From positions 1,860,001-1,924,000 of the forward strand of contig NC_089429.1 in the NCBI RefSeq assembly GCF_026210795.1: DNA of 64,000 nt, given 5' to 3'. Of this stretch, positions 25,170-36,545 are shown piece after piece. Below the pieces are notes generated by a model. It did no database searches, was not told the origin of the DNA, and saw only the letters and a list, made by a program, of their open reading frames with translations. A program made the position numbers and the translations under genes. The stretch is from Rhizophagus irregularis. Taxonomy: Eukaryota. How positions within the stretch are numbered: the first letter of the stretch is position 1; each line of letters begins with the position of its first letter.

Positions 25170-25720
25170 CTCTTCATCTTCCCATTACTTCTTTTAATCT
25201 TCCATCGCTCCTTTTCGTCTCCCATCACTCCTTTTTGTCTCCTATCACTCCTTTTCGTCTCCCATCACTCTTTTTCGTCTCCCATCGCTCCCTTTCGTCT
25301 CCTATCACTTCTCTTAATCTTCTCATCACTTCTTTTCGTCTCCCATCACTCCTTTTCGTCTCCCATCACTCCTCTTAATCTTCCCATCACTTCTTTTCGT
25401 CACTCATCACTCCTCTTAATCTTCTCATCACTTCTTTTCGTCTCCCATCACTCCTTTTTATCTCCCATCACTCCTCTTCATCACCCATCACACCTCTTTG
25501 TCTCCCATTACTTCTTTTCGTCTTTCATCACTTCTTTTTGTCTCCCATCACTCCTCTTAATCTTCCCATCACTTCTTTTTTTTTATCTCCCATCACTCTT
25601 CTTTGTCACCCATCACTTCTTTTCATCTCTCATCATGTCCTATTTCTTCTTTTGGTTCCTATCACTTCTTATTACTCTTTTTTACTCCCTTTCATCTTCT
25701 ATTACTTTCCATTACTCCAT
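25170..25720. repeat. 20-21 bp pyrimidine-rich minisatellite (tctcccatcactccttttcg)
   Basis: Over 20 degenerate tandem units in the spacer of the foldback element. Confidence 0.9.
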
Positions 25721-27541
25721 TGTTATTTTATTTTTTTTCCTTGATCATTGTAATTTACTTATCTTTTTTATTTATTGTTATTGTTTCTTTTATTTGTACA
25801 TTTCAATAAAAATAAATATGGTGATTTTATTCTTTAAAATCGTAAATGTGACTTAAATTTTAATATTTGTAAATAAAATTTCATTAAATAAGATTATTTT
25901 GAATAAATATGTTTGCAAAAAAATTTTTTTAAAAAATATCTATAATAACCGATCAAAAATTAGATACATATTTGAAAAAAAAACCCCAGGCGATGATCGC
26001 CTAGGCGACATTTAGCAATCCCAATTTTTATTTATATATATTAAAAGTATTTAAAATAGTAGATTTTCAAAAATGTTTTTATGCCAATTAATGATAAAAA
26101 GAAGAAACACTGCAAACAAATTTCTGCTATATACTTTTCTTAAAGTTAACATTATTAACTTTTTAATTTATGTCGGCTCATGCGGAGCTTTACTAGTATA
26201 TAAAATTTGCTTAATTTACTATGCTACTTAGGATTCTATCATAGTTTTTTTTAATTTTATCTTGATCTTATTAATGTAATTTAGTATTTTTTTTAATTTT
26301 ATAAAAAAAGATCTCTAATGAAATTCTTTATTAAAAAAAAAAATTTCAAGCCAAAATTCTCGATACCCTTATTAAAAAAAAACTATTTTCAATAAAATTT
26401 TCTATTAAAAAAAAACAAAATATTTTGTTATAAAGTATAGAAAAGAGTAAAATGTATTGTAAGAAAAAAATTGAGACTTCTAACAAAATTCTCCATCAAA
26501 AAAATAAAAAAACTTTTCAACCAACAATTCTCTAATGAAATTCTCAATCAAAAAAAAATATCCCTGATTAAGAAAAATTTCTAACGAAAATCTTCCATCA
26601 AAAAATACATTTTCCCTATTAAAAAAAAAATTCTTTACCGAAATTTTCTATCAAAAAAAAAATTTCCTGTTAAAAAAATTATTAACGAAATGATCTATCA
26701 AAAAAAAAAATCTTACCTATTAAAAAAAAAATTCTATGATGAAATTTATATCAAAAAAAAAAAAAAAATTCTCTAATAAAATTCTCTGTCAAAAAATACT
26801 TTCACTTATTAAAAAAAATTCCCAAAAGAATTCTTTATCAAGGAAAACTCCCTCCTATTAAAAAAAAATTCTTAACGAAATTCTCTATCAAAAAAAAATC
26901 TCACTTGTTAAAAAAAATTTTCTAGTAACGAAATTATCTATCAAAAAAAAAATCTTCCCTATAAACTTAAAACATGTGACCAACAATATATCAACCCTGT
27001 GCTGACAAAGAAACTAATTTTTGACAAAGATAAAATTATTGAACATAGTTGGATTAAATCAAACACAGTTGGACAAAAACATCAAGCACAGACGGACAAA
27101 AATATCAAGCACAGATGGATAAAAACATAAAGCATGGACGGATAAAAATGTCAAGCATGGTCGGATAAAACCATCAAGCACGTACAGATAAAACCATCAA
27201 GCACGTACAGATAAATATCAAGCACGTACAGATAAACATCAAACACGTACAGATAAAACATCAAGCACGTACAGATAAAACATCAAGCATGTACAGATAA
27301 ACATCAAGCATGAACAGATAAAAATATCAAGCACGTGATAGATAAACATCAAGCATGAACAGATAAAAATATCAAGCACGGGACAGATGAAAATCAAGCA
27401 TAAACAGGTAAAATGTCAGACACAGAGTGACATTTTGTCTAGCCATGCTTGATATTTTATCGCGCAATGTCTGATAATTTTGTCCAACTCGGCTTGCCAT
27501 ATATTAATTAAATAACTTTACAGTACGTATTTACCTGGTCG

Positions 27542-27865
27542 CATTATACTTAGCCACCAACTTATCGTGTTCAAATTTAATTGGAAATCTTTTTGGTATT
27601 TCCAACTCTCAAAAAATGATTCTAACCCTTCTGTTGTGAGATTTCATTTGTATCCAAATGAAAATTTTCATATAGTTTAGGAGATACATTAATTATAATC
27701 CTTAATGATTTGTCTTCATTAAGATCTACAACTTCGCGAGTAGCAAACAACATCAACTTTGGGATTATGATGTACATCCGCCGTAAACCTTATTTTTTCT
27801 AAGAGTGTACAATTAGAAAAAATTCTGTTAATTTCTATCAAATTTGTAGGGTCAATATTTATAGT
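27542..27865 (-). pseudogene. Third copy of the LRR/RNI-like 3' fragment
   Basis: Similar to 22400-22735; translates INIDPTNLIEINRIFSNCTLLEKIRF; 28104-28175 also matches 22753-22822. Confidence 0.55.
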
Positions 27866-28712
27866 TGAGAGATATAGGGGTAGCACCCTTAGTGATAATC
27901 CTATGCTTGATAACATTTGTACGTCCAATTTCTGTCTGACTTTTCGCGCAGATATCTGCATAATCATTTAATAGTTGCTGAAATTGGGTTTGTTGCTGAT
28001 AATCCAAGGTCTAAGGTGTAAATCGGGGTTGGCTTTTTCTTCAGTAAAGACTGAATTCAGCTTGGGCTAGAAAAATAGCAGGGTTTGATTATAGTTAACT
28101 TTTCGATATTGCCCTAATCAGCAGTTGATTATTTTTGTCTGGATAATCTTCAAACCCATTAAGTGGAAAGCGTATATCAATTTTAAAATGTTCTCACCGG
28201 CTTTTCAATTATTAAACTTTCAATACTACTTGGTAAAAACGTACTAGTTACAATATTTTTCTAGTAGTACAAAAGAGAATTGTTTTACATTATTACATTT
28301 ATCAAAAATTAATTTATAAATTTCTTCTAGTATAATTAATTAATGAAAACGAATTAATTTTCTATAATTTATTTTTTTTTTTAGGAGTAAATTAGGTCTT
28401 ATTATCGTTTAGTTACTAAAATATGAAACAATTATGGTATAAAAAAATGATGTACAAATGAAAATTATGAATATTGATTTTTTTTTTTTAAAAAAAAAAT
28501 AAACATATGACCGACTATCAAGCTTTATTCAATTAAGATCGGTATGATATTTGTCGCACAATTAATTTTTGTAGATCATAGTGATCATGTGTGCAACAAA
28601 CGGAGTTTCCGCTCCGAAATTCAATAAATTTACCATATTTGACGTGAACTTCTTATTTCGGAATCTCTTATTTCGGAATCCCCTTTTCTCTCTTCCTTTT
28701 TTTTCGTTTAAT

Positions 28713-30398
28713 ATGGCATGTTCAAAGTTATTTTTAGGAGATTTACCTGAGTTAATAAGCAAAGTTATACAATATTTTCGTTATAACCATAAAACATTAC
28801 ATTCATGTATATTGGTTAATAGATTATGGTGTCGTTTAGCAATCCCATTATTATGGGAAGATCCTTTTTCAATTAAAGATCCTAAAAATTATCATTTCAT
28901 TAAAATTTATTTACATTATTTAAATGATGATGATAAAACGAAATTAAATGAATATGTAATTCATAATGAATTATTTCCTACAAATACATTATTTAATTAT
29001 CCTAGTTTTATTCAGCGTTTAAATACATACAAAGTTTGTTATTCTGTCCAAAAGTGGATTGCAACTGTTAAAACTTCAACAACGAGCAATGAGCGATATT
29101 TTGTACGAAATACAAATTTAACATTTATACAAATATTAAACTTTACAAAATTAATATACAAGTCATTATTCTTAATATTCATTGAAAACAAAGTAAATTT
29201 GCATAGTTTTGAAGTTACGTTGCCTAAAGATATTGATATTGATTGGTTTGATGAGATTTTTGAATTAATTTTACAAAATCCGAATTTCATTTATAATATT
29301 AAAAATTTTGAAATTAATTTGTATATAATAACTGCTGATAACATAACAAAATTTTTAAGAGTTGTCTACTCTAATTGCTATTCAATTTCATCACTTTATA
29401 TTATAGTTCCAAAGTATTATGATATTTCTACTTATTCTATAATTGAAAAAAGTTTATCACAATTAATTAATTCTCAAGAAAATCTTCAAAAGATTTCATT
29501 CGGTTTTAATAAATTCCCATTGTATCATTCATTATTATCATTAAAAAGTCATAATTGCTCAAACACATTAAACACAATTATCTTTTACTATGTCAATTTT
29601 AAAGATATAATTGTTTTAAATGAAGTATTCAATCAACTGAATGTCTTAGAATCAATTCATATTGTTTGTTGTTATTCCTTAGATTATAATTTTATTCAAC
29701 AAATTAGTAATGTTATTAGACCTTTTAAATTAAAATCTTTATTTTTGCATGAAACATTACAAATTGAATCATTGAAATTATTAATACAAAAATCTGGTAA
29801 TTATCTAGAAAATTTTGGAATTAGTTTTGGAATTACAGACAATGAATCACAACAACTACTACCATTAATTATAAAATATAGTAGTAAAATCAAATATTTG
29901 GAAACTACTTGGTTAGATAATGAGAGTGTTTATTTATTATTTAGTTTAATTGAAAACATTACACAAAATCTTAGTTACCTTATAATTAATTATATTGATT
30001 TTAATTACTTTGATAGACATAATATTAGTTCAATTATATTACAAAATTTAGGACAAATTCTTCCTCTTAAATTAGAATATTTGAATCTAATTCTTTCAGT
30101 TAATACAAGTGACTTGAAAATTTTTTTAGAAAATTTTCAAAATACTTTTATTAAAAAATTTCTAATTAGAAATACAAAGAATGATGAAAGTCAAGATATT
30201 TTGCCTTATATAAAAGAATACATTGTAAAAAAGAAAAGAGTTAAGTATTTGGCTATTTCAAAAACTTTTTATGGAGAAAATGAAGATTTGTTTTTTCAGA
30301 AAGATGTAGTAAAGGAATTTCAATTACATGATATTCAAGTTTTAAATTATGATGATTTGCTTATCGATTTTTATAATTTTATAAAAGAAGTTGATTAG
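28713..30398 (+). CDS. F-box-like/LRR protein, 561 aa
   Basis: MACSKLFLGDLPEL start and full family motifs; shares flanks with the 18019 gene. Confidence 0.88.
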   Translation: MACSKLFLGDLPELISKVIQYFRYNHKTLHSCILVNRLWCRLAIPLLWEDPFSIKDPKNYHFIKIYLHYLNDDDKTKLNEYVIHNELFPTNTLFNYPSFIQRLNTYKVCYSVQKWIATVKTSTTSNERYFVRNTNLTFIQILNFTKLIYKSLFLIFIENKVNLHSFEVTLPKDIDIDWFDEIFELILQNPNFIYNIKNFEINLYIITADNITKFLRVVYSNCYSISSLYIIVPKYYDISTYSIIEKSLSQLINSQENLQKISFGFNKFPLYHSLLSLKSHNCSNTLNTIIFYYVNFKDIIVLNEVFNQLNVLESIHIVCCYSLDYNFIQQISNVIRPFKLKSLFLHETLQIESLKLLIQKSGNYLENFGISFGITDNESQQLLPLIIKYSSKIKYLETTWLDNESVYLLFSLIENITQNLSYLIINYIDFNYFDRHNISSIILQNLGQILPLKLEYLNLILSVNTSDLKIFLENFQNTFIKKFLIRNTKNDESQDILPYIKEYIVKKKRVKYLAISKTFYGENEDLFFQKDVVKEFQLHDIQVLNYDDLLIDFYNFIKEVD

Positions 30399-30550
30399 TT
30401 ATTTATGTAATCTAAATATATAGAATGATGTAAAATTAAATACAGTAACTAAAGAAACAATTTTAATATTACTATGCTTTTTATTGTATATCAAATTTTT
30501 CTAACTGAATCAAGTAAACATACTGAGATTCTTATTTTGACTGATTATTA

Positions 30551-30855
30551 TGTTTATAAATAATTACAGTATGTTGATAAATAATTACAGTATAATTACA
30601 GTATGTCTATATATAAAGAACTACAGTATGTTTATAAATAATTACAGTATGTTTATAAATAATAATACAATATGCTTATAAATAATAATTACAGTATGTT
30701 TATAAATAACAATTACAGTATGTTTATAAATAATACTAATTTCAGTATGTTTATAAATAATTACAGTATGTTTATAAATAATTACAGATGTTTATAAATA
30801 ATAATTACAGTATGTTTATAAATAATAATTACAGTATGTTTATAAATAATTACAG
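30551..30855. repeat. 21-24 bp minisatellite (gtttataaataattacagtat)
   Basis: About 13 tandem units ending about 50 nt before the next ATG. Confidence 0.9.
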
Positions 30856-30903
30856 CTAATCCATAAAATGGCAATTTCAGAATTCCTCTCTCTCTCTCCA
30901 ATA

Positions 30904-32520
30904 ATGGCATGTTCAAAGTTATTTTCAGGAGATTTGCCAGAATTAATAAACGAAGTTATACAATATTTTCGTTATAACCATAAAACATTACATTCATGTA
31001 TATTGGTTAATAGATTATGGTGTCGTTTAGCAATTCCATTATTATGGGAAGACCCATTTTCAATTAAATCCCCTAAAAATTATCATTTCATTGAAATTTA
31101 TTTACATTATTTGAATAATGATGATAAAGCAAAATTAAATGAATATGTAATTCATAATGAATTACTTCCTTCAAACACATTATTTAATTATCCTAGATTC
31201 ATTCAACGTTTAGATACATATAAAGTTTGGTTTTCTATTGAAAAATGGGTTGCAACTGTCGGGACTTCAACAACAAGAGTAAAACATATTTTTAGATCAT
31301 TATTTCTGATATTCATTGAAAATGAAGTTAGTTTGCATAGTTTTAAAATAAAAATAACTCCAACATGTGGTGATATTATTGAATTAATTTTACAAAATCC
31401 AAATTTCATCTGTAATATCATATATCTTCAACTTGATTTTGATATGATGATAACTGATAATACAAAAAGATTTTTAATATTTATCCATTCGAATTGCAAT
31501 TCAATCTCATCACTTGATTTTCTATTCCCATCAATGGCATCAAGTGTATATTATCATTCAATAGTTGAAAAAAGCTTATTACAAATAATTAAATCTCAAG
31601 AAAAACTCAGAAAGATTTCATTTAGGTTTATTGAAGAATATCCAATTTACCATTACTTATCATCATTAAAAAACCCTAATTGCTTAAATACATTAAATAC
31701 AATTATGTTTCATCATATTGATTTCAAAAACATAGATATTTTGAGTGAAGTATTTAATCAATTACATGTTTTAGAATCAATTCATATTATTAATTGTTAT
31801 TCTTTAGATTCTAAATTTATTCAACAGATTATTAATATTACAAAACCATTTAAATTAAAATCTTTATTTTTGGATGATAAAATAAGTGAATTAATATTAG
31901 AACCATTAATACAAAAATTTGGCTGTTATTTAGAAAATTTTGGAGTTAATCACAATATATCACAAAAATTACTACAATTAATTATAAAATATTGTAGCAA
32001 AATTAACTACTTGGGTCCTATTCGATTTAATCATAAAAATAACAAGAATGTTTATTTATTATTTAGATTAATTAAAAATATTACACAAAATCTTAATTAT
32101 CTTACAATTGAAGCCTCTAATATTAGCTATAATTATATAAATTATGGTTCTAGTTCAATTATATTACAAAATTTAGGACAAATTCTTCCTTTTAAATTAA
32201 AATATTTGAATTTGAGTCTTACAATTAATACCAGTGATTTGGAAATATTCTTAAAGAATTCTCAAAGCACTTTCATTAAAAAATTGTTAATAAAATATAT
32301 AAAGAAAGAAGAAAATGAAGATATTTTCCCCTATATAAAAGAATATATTATGAAAACGAATAGAGTCAAGTATTTGGCTATTGTGGAGAATTTTAATGAA
32401 AAATATGAAGATTTATTTTCCCAGAAAGATAAAGTGGAGGAATTCCAATTATATAGTAATATAAAAGTTATGTATTACAGTGATCTGGTTAATAATACCT
32501 TTTATTCAATTAAAAGATGA
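30904..32520 (+). CDS. F-box-like/LRR protein, 538 aa (550 aa if ATG 30868 is used)
   Basis: MACSKLFSGDLPEL start and family motifs. Confidence 0.85.
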   Translation: MACSKLFSGDLPELINEVIQYFRYNHKTLHSCILVNRLWCRLAIPLLWEDPFSIKSPKNYHFIEIYLHYLNNDDKAKLNEYVIHNELLPSNTLFNYPRFIQRLDTYKVWFSIEKWVATVGTSTTRVKHIFRSLFLIFIENEVSLHSFKIKITPTCGDIIELILQNPNFICNIIYLQLDFDMMITDNTKRFLIFIHSNCNSISSLDFLFPSMASSVYYHSIVEKSLLQIIKSQEKLRKISFRFIEEYPIYHYLSSLKNPNCLNTLNTIMFHHIDFKNIDILSEVFNQLHVLESIHIINCYSLDSKFIQQIINITKPFKLKSLFLDDKISELILEPLIQKFGCYLENFGVNHNISQKLLQLIIKYCSKINYLGPIRFNHKNNKNVYLLFRLIKNITQNLNYLTIEASNISYNYINYGSSSIILQNLGQILPFKLKYLNLSLTINTSDLEIFLKNSQSTFIKKLLIKYIKKEENEDIFPYIKEYIMKTNRVKYLAIVENFNEKYEDLFSQKDKVEEFQLYSNIKVMYYSDLVNNTFYSIKR

Positions 32521-33760
32521 TAAATAAATATATTATGATATTTTGTAGTAATAGAGGTATTATTCGATTACTTAAGTCTCCTTCGAAATGGTTGATTTTA
32601 GTATTTATCAAACATATTCTATAAGCTTGTCAGATGCAAAGATTTGTTACCTTTTTAATTTCTGGACTGGAATTTCTTTTTTGAAACTTTTTTTGTAATA
32701 ACTGTAAGGACTATGTAAAGGGAGTTGGGCTTTCAATTGCATTAAAGGAACGTACTAACATTCAAAAACAGTATTTTTACTTTTAACTTTGAAATTTCAT
32801 TTGAATCACAATAATTAATCCATAGTGAGCGCAAAGGCAAAAAATAATAATTAAATTTTATTTTATTAATGATGATTCAATGAGCATCAATATGCCCGTT
32901 ATAAATGAAATAAATTAAAGAACTGGTTTTACAAATTGCAAACTTTTAATGTAAGTATTCTACTACTTTTTCTATAAATATTTGATAGCTTAAATACTAT
33001 ACATATCTGTTTTAGCATTTGTAAATTGCTTTAAGAATAAAAATGCCAATAAAAATAATCATGAATTAATTTAATTATGCAGGAAATCACATGAATTAAT
33101 ATATGAATCATTAAATAATCGACTATGATGTTTATGAATTTAGTATGTAGTAAGAATAAATTATTTATTATCATGGATTTAATTGGATTAAAATCAATAA
33201 AACATTACTAATGATAAAACGAAACTTTTCAAAATGGTTTCGATAATTGATTTTTTGATCATTCGCAATCTTTTTTTTTTATAAATAAAAACATTATTAA
33301 TAATTGTACCACACAAGTTTCATGAATTGTATTCATAATGCTTACTACAAAATATTGTGAAAATTATTTGTTTACAAATTTTGAAGCAGAGATTTTTTTA
33401 CCATAAATAATAAAGCTTTCGTGGTTTATTTGGTTAATGTCTCAATCATATGATTTATAAACGCACCATAGTTATCGTTATAAGCAACCAATTACAATGT
33501 TTTTTTCAAATTCGGATACCTTTTAAATAGTTAGTAATAGTTAATCAGAATTTCGATAAATAACAAAATTCAGTATTAATGTATTAAAAATATTCTAAAT
33601 ATTAATCCAATACATTAATTAGTATACGAAAGTATAATAATAATATAATGATTAAATTATTTCTTTAAATTATCATACTGTAACTTTATTCTTTAAATGA
33701 TAAATATATGGTATAACTTTATTTATATTGATGATACAAAAATAGTAATACATAAAATAA

Positions 33761-35416
33761 TTAATAAGTTTCATTTATAAAATCATAAATATCAATAAAC
33801 AAATCAAAATATTTTAAAATTTGAATATCATGTAATTGAAATTCCTTTACTTTATCTTTCTGAAAAAACAAATCTTCATTTCTTCCATGAAAAGTTTCTG
33901 AAACAGCCAAATACTTAACCTTTTTCTTTTTCATAATATATTCTTTTATATAAGAGAAAATATCTCCACTTTCTTCTTTTCTTATATTTCTGATTAACAA
34001 TTTTTTAATAAAAGTATTTTGAGAATTTTTTAAGAATACTTCCAGATCACTTGTATTAATTGTAAGGCAAAGATACATATATTCTAATTTAATAGGAAGA
34101 ATTTGTCCTAGATTTTTCAATATAATTGAACTATAATCAACATTAAAAGCATCAATTATAAGATAACTGAGGTTTTGCGTAATATTTTCAATTAAACTTA
34201 ATAATAAATAAATACTCTGATTATCCAGCCTAATAGGACCCAAATATTTAATTTTACTACAATATTTCATAATTAATTGTAGTAATTGTTGTGATTCATC
34301 GTTACTAATTCCAAAATTTTCTAAATAATCGCCAGACTTTTGTATTAATCGTTCTAATGATTCATCAACTTCACCCAGAAATCCCAGAAATAAGGATTTC
34401 AATTTAAATGGTTTAGTAATATTATTAATCTGTTGAATAAATTTTGAATCTAGAGAATAACAATAAATAATATGAATTGATTCTAAAACATTCAGGTGAT
34501 TGAAAGCTTCACTTAAAACAACTATATTACCAAAATCAATATGATAAAATATGATTGTGTTTAATGTATTTGAACAATTAGAGTGTTTTAATGATAATAG
34601 CGAATGGTGTAAAGGGAATTCGCTATAACCAAATAAAATCTTTTTGAGATTTTCTTGGGAACTAATTATTTGTGCTAAGCACTTTTCAGTTGGATAATTT
34701 TCAACATATGATGGAAATAGAAAGTGGAGTGATGAAATTGAATTGCAATTAGAATAAAGAAAAGTTGAAAATCTTGTTATGTTATTAGTTATTGTATTAA
34801 AATCGAGTTTAAAACTTTTAATATTATAAATGAAATTCGGATTTTGTAAAATTAATTCAAAAATCTCATCAAAATATTCAAATTCTTTATGATTAAACAT
34901 AATAACTTCAAAACTATGTAAGCTCACCCCGTTTTCAATGAATATTAGAAATAATGACCTAATAACTAGTTTTGTAAAGTTTGACATTTGTGAAGATGAT
35001 AAATTTGTATTTTGTATAAAATAGCTGGAATGTTGTTCTTTAGTTGTTGAAGTACTACCAACAGTTACTGCCCACTTTTCAATAAAATTACAAACTTTAT
35101 GTGTATCTAAACGTTGAATGAATCTAGGATAATTAAATAATGTATTTGAAGGAAATAAGTCATTATTAATTATATAATCATTAAATTTTGCTTTATCATC
35201 ATTATTCAAATTATGTAAATAACTTTCAATAAAACGATAATTTTTAGGGGATTTAATTGAAAATGGATCTTCCCATAATAATGGAATTGTTAAACGACAC
35301 CATAATCTATTAACAAATATACACGAATGTAATGTTTTATAATCATAATGAAAATATTGTATAACTTCGTTTATCAACTCAGGTAAATCTCCTGAAAATA
35401 ACTTTGAACATGCCAT
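33761..35416 (-). CDS. F-box-like/LRR protein, 551 aa
   Basis: MACSKLFSGDLPEL start and family motifs. Confidence 0.88.
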   Translation of the reverse strand: MACSKLFSGDLPELINEVIQYFHYDYKTLHSCIFVNRLWCRLTIPLLWEDPFSIKSPKNYRFIESYLHNLNNDDKAKFNDYIINNDLFPSNTLFNYPRFIQRLDTHKVCNFIEKWAVTVGSTSTTKEQHSSYFIQNTNLSSSQMSNFTKLVIRSLFLIFIENGVSLHSFEVIMFNHKEFEYFDEIFELILQNPNFIYNIKSFKLDFNTITNNITRFSTFLYSNCNSISSLHFLFPSYVENYPTEKCLAQIISSQENLKKILFGYSEFPLHHSLLSLKHSNCSNTLNTIIFYHIDFGNIVVLSEAFNHLNVLESIHIIYCYSLDSKFIQQINNITKPFKLKSLFLGFLGEVDESLERLIQKSGDYLENFGISNDESQQLLQLIMKYCSKIKYLGPIRLDNQSIYLLLSLIENITQNLSYLIIDAFNVDYSSIILKNLGQILPIKLEYMYLCLTINTSDLEVFLKNSQNTFIKKLLIRNIRKEESGDIFSYIKEYIMKKKKVKYLAVSETFHGRNEDLFFQKDKVKEFQLHDIQILKYFDLFIDIYDFINETY

Positions 35417-35639
35417 ATTAAATGAAAAAAAAGGAAGCATGTCGAAATTAAAAATTACGTCATATATGGTAAATTTATCGTACGAATTTCGGAGCGGAAA
35501 TTCCGTTTGTTGCACAAAATCCTGTATTTGCACATGATCACTACTAGTACATGATCTGCTTGCTTCTATATAAAGAATATTGAGCGACAAATATCAACTC
35601 TAAATCCGAAAAATGATATCACCGAACATTGTCTGGCTT

Positions 35640-36310
35640 ATCTTCAAAATACGCACTTTTCTTCAAAAAAAGAGACGTTGCAAAAAGTACTAGGGAAAAA
35701 AAGACTAAAAACAGCTGGCCATTTCCGAAGGATTAATTTCCTCGCCTAGAAGGACGATTTCGTATTCTATTCCTTTAGTCTTCGGGTTGGTTTTCGAAAT
35801 TTTTTGGCTTCTGAAGGCGCAGAAAAAATATCATCACGTTTTCTGGACAAAAAAAAAATATTTTTTGGGGATAGTGAACCAATGAGGATGTTAGTAGATG
35901 AGGTGATTTTGCAGATCAGGAAGTTCGGAATAAATTAACCCGTCGTTAAACAACAATAAAAAATTTGCACTTTGTGACGTCACTTGACGATCATTAGATG
36001 TGTGGACGAACGAGAACTTCTACCATTGGGGAGATAGGAAAGGAGAAGGAATTATTCCATGCGCCTATGCTTGACAGGTGATGTATGAGACTTCATTATT
36101 CATTAGTAGAAATTTGGCGAAAAAAATAGTTTTTTCCGTTGTTTTGTGTTTATGTATGTTATTTTTTTAGCCTTTTTGTTCTTACTTGTAATAAGATAGA
36201 TATAGATTACATTGGTTTAGTTCTAGATAGGTAGTTAGAATGGTTAGTTATCTTCTTTCCAACATGATGCTTAACATAATTTCAAATAGGTGAGGCCTTA
36301 ATAAATAATT
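35640..36310 (+). mobile_element. Possible non-LTR retrotransposon 3' remnant between divergent F-box genes
   Basis: GC-richer, broken coding-like sequence followed by a T-rich tail; no diagnostic domain. Confidence 0.2.
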
Positions 36311-36545
36311 AATTGTTCAGAAAGTTTAGACATTTAATTTTATTAATCTGTTATTAGTACGCAAATCAAGAGTCATTCAACTGACGTAAGAAGAAACTTG
36401 TTTGTGTCACATGATCAAACAAATGATCAGCTGATCTGTTGTGTTCAAATATCGCGGGGAATAAGAATTATGGAAATTCCGAAAACTTTATAATTTTTTT
36501 TGAAATTTTTAAAAACATCATAATATCCCTTTTTCTTTTTCAAAT

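Larger units (their letters stand above)
23491..27501. mobile_element. About 4-kb foldback (long-TIR) non-autonomous element
   Basis: Termini TATGGCAAGCCGAG..CTCGGCTTGCCATA; arms about 23491-25110 and 26300-27501 are reverse complements with indels; no transposase ORF. Confidence 0.85.

Noticed and set aside
23592..25856. Short hydrophobic ORFs in the foldback element
   Set aside because: Translations of tandem repeats and T-rich tracts with no coding signature.
30551..30855. Possible second micro-exon array
   Set aside because: Contains cag|tatgt, but units are only 21-24 nt, too short for introns, with no branch-site pattern.
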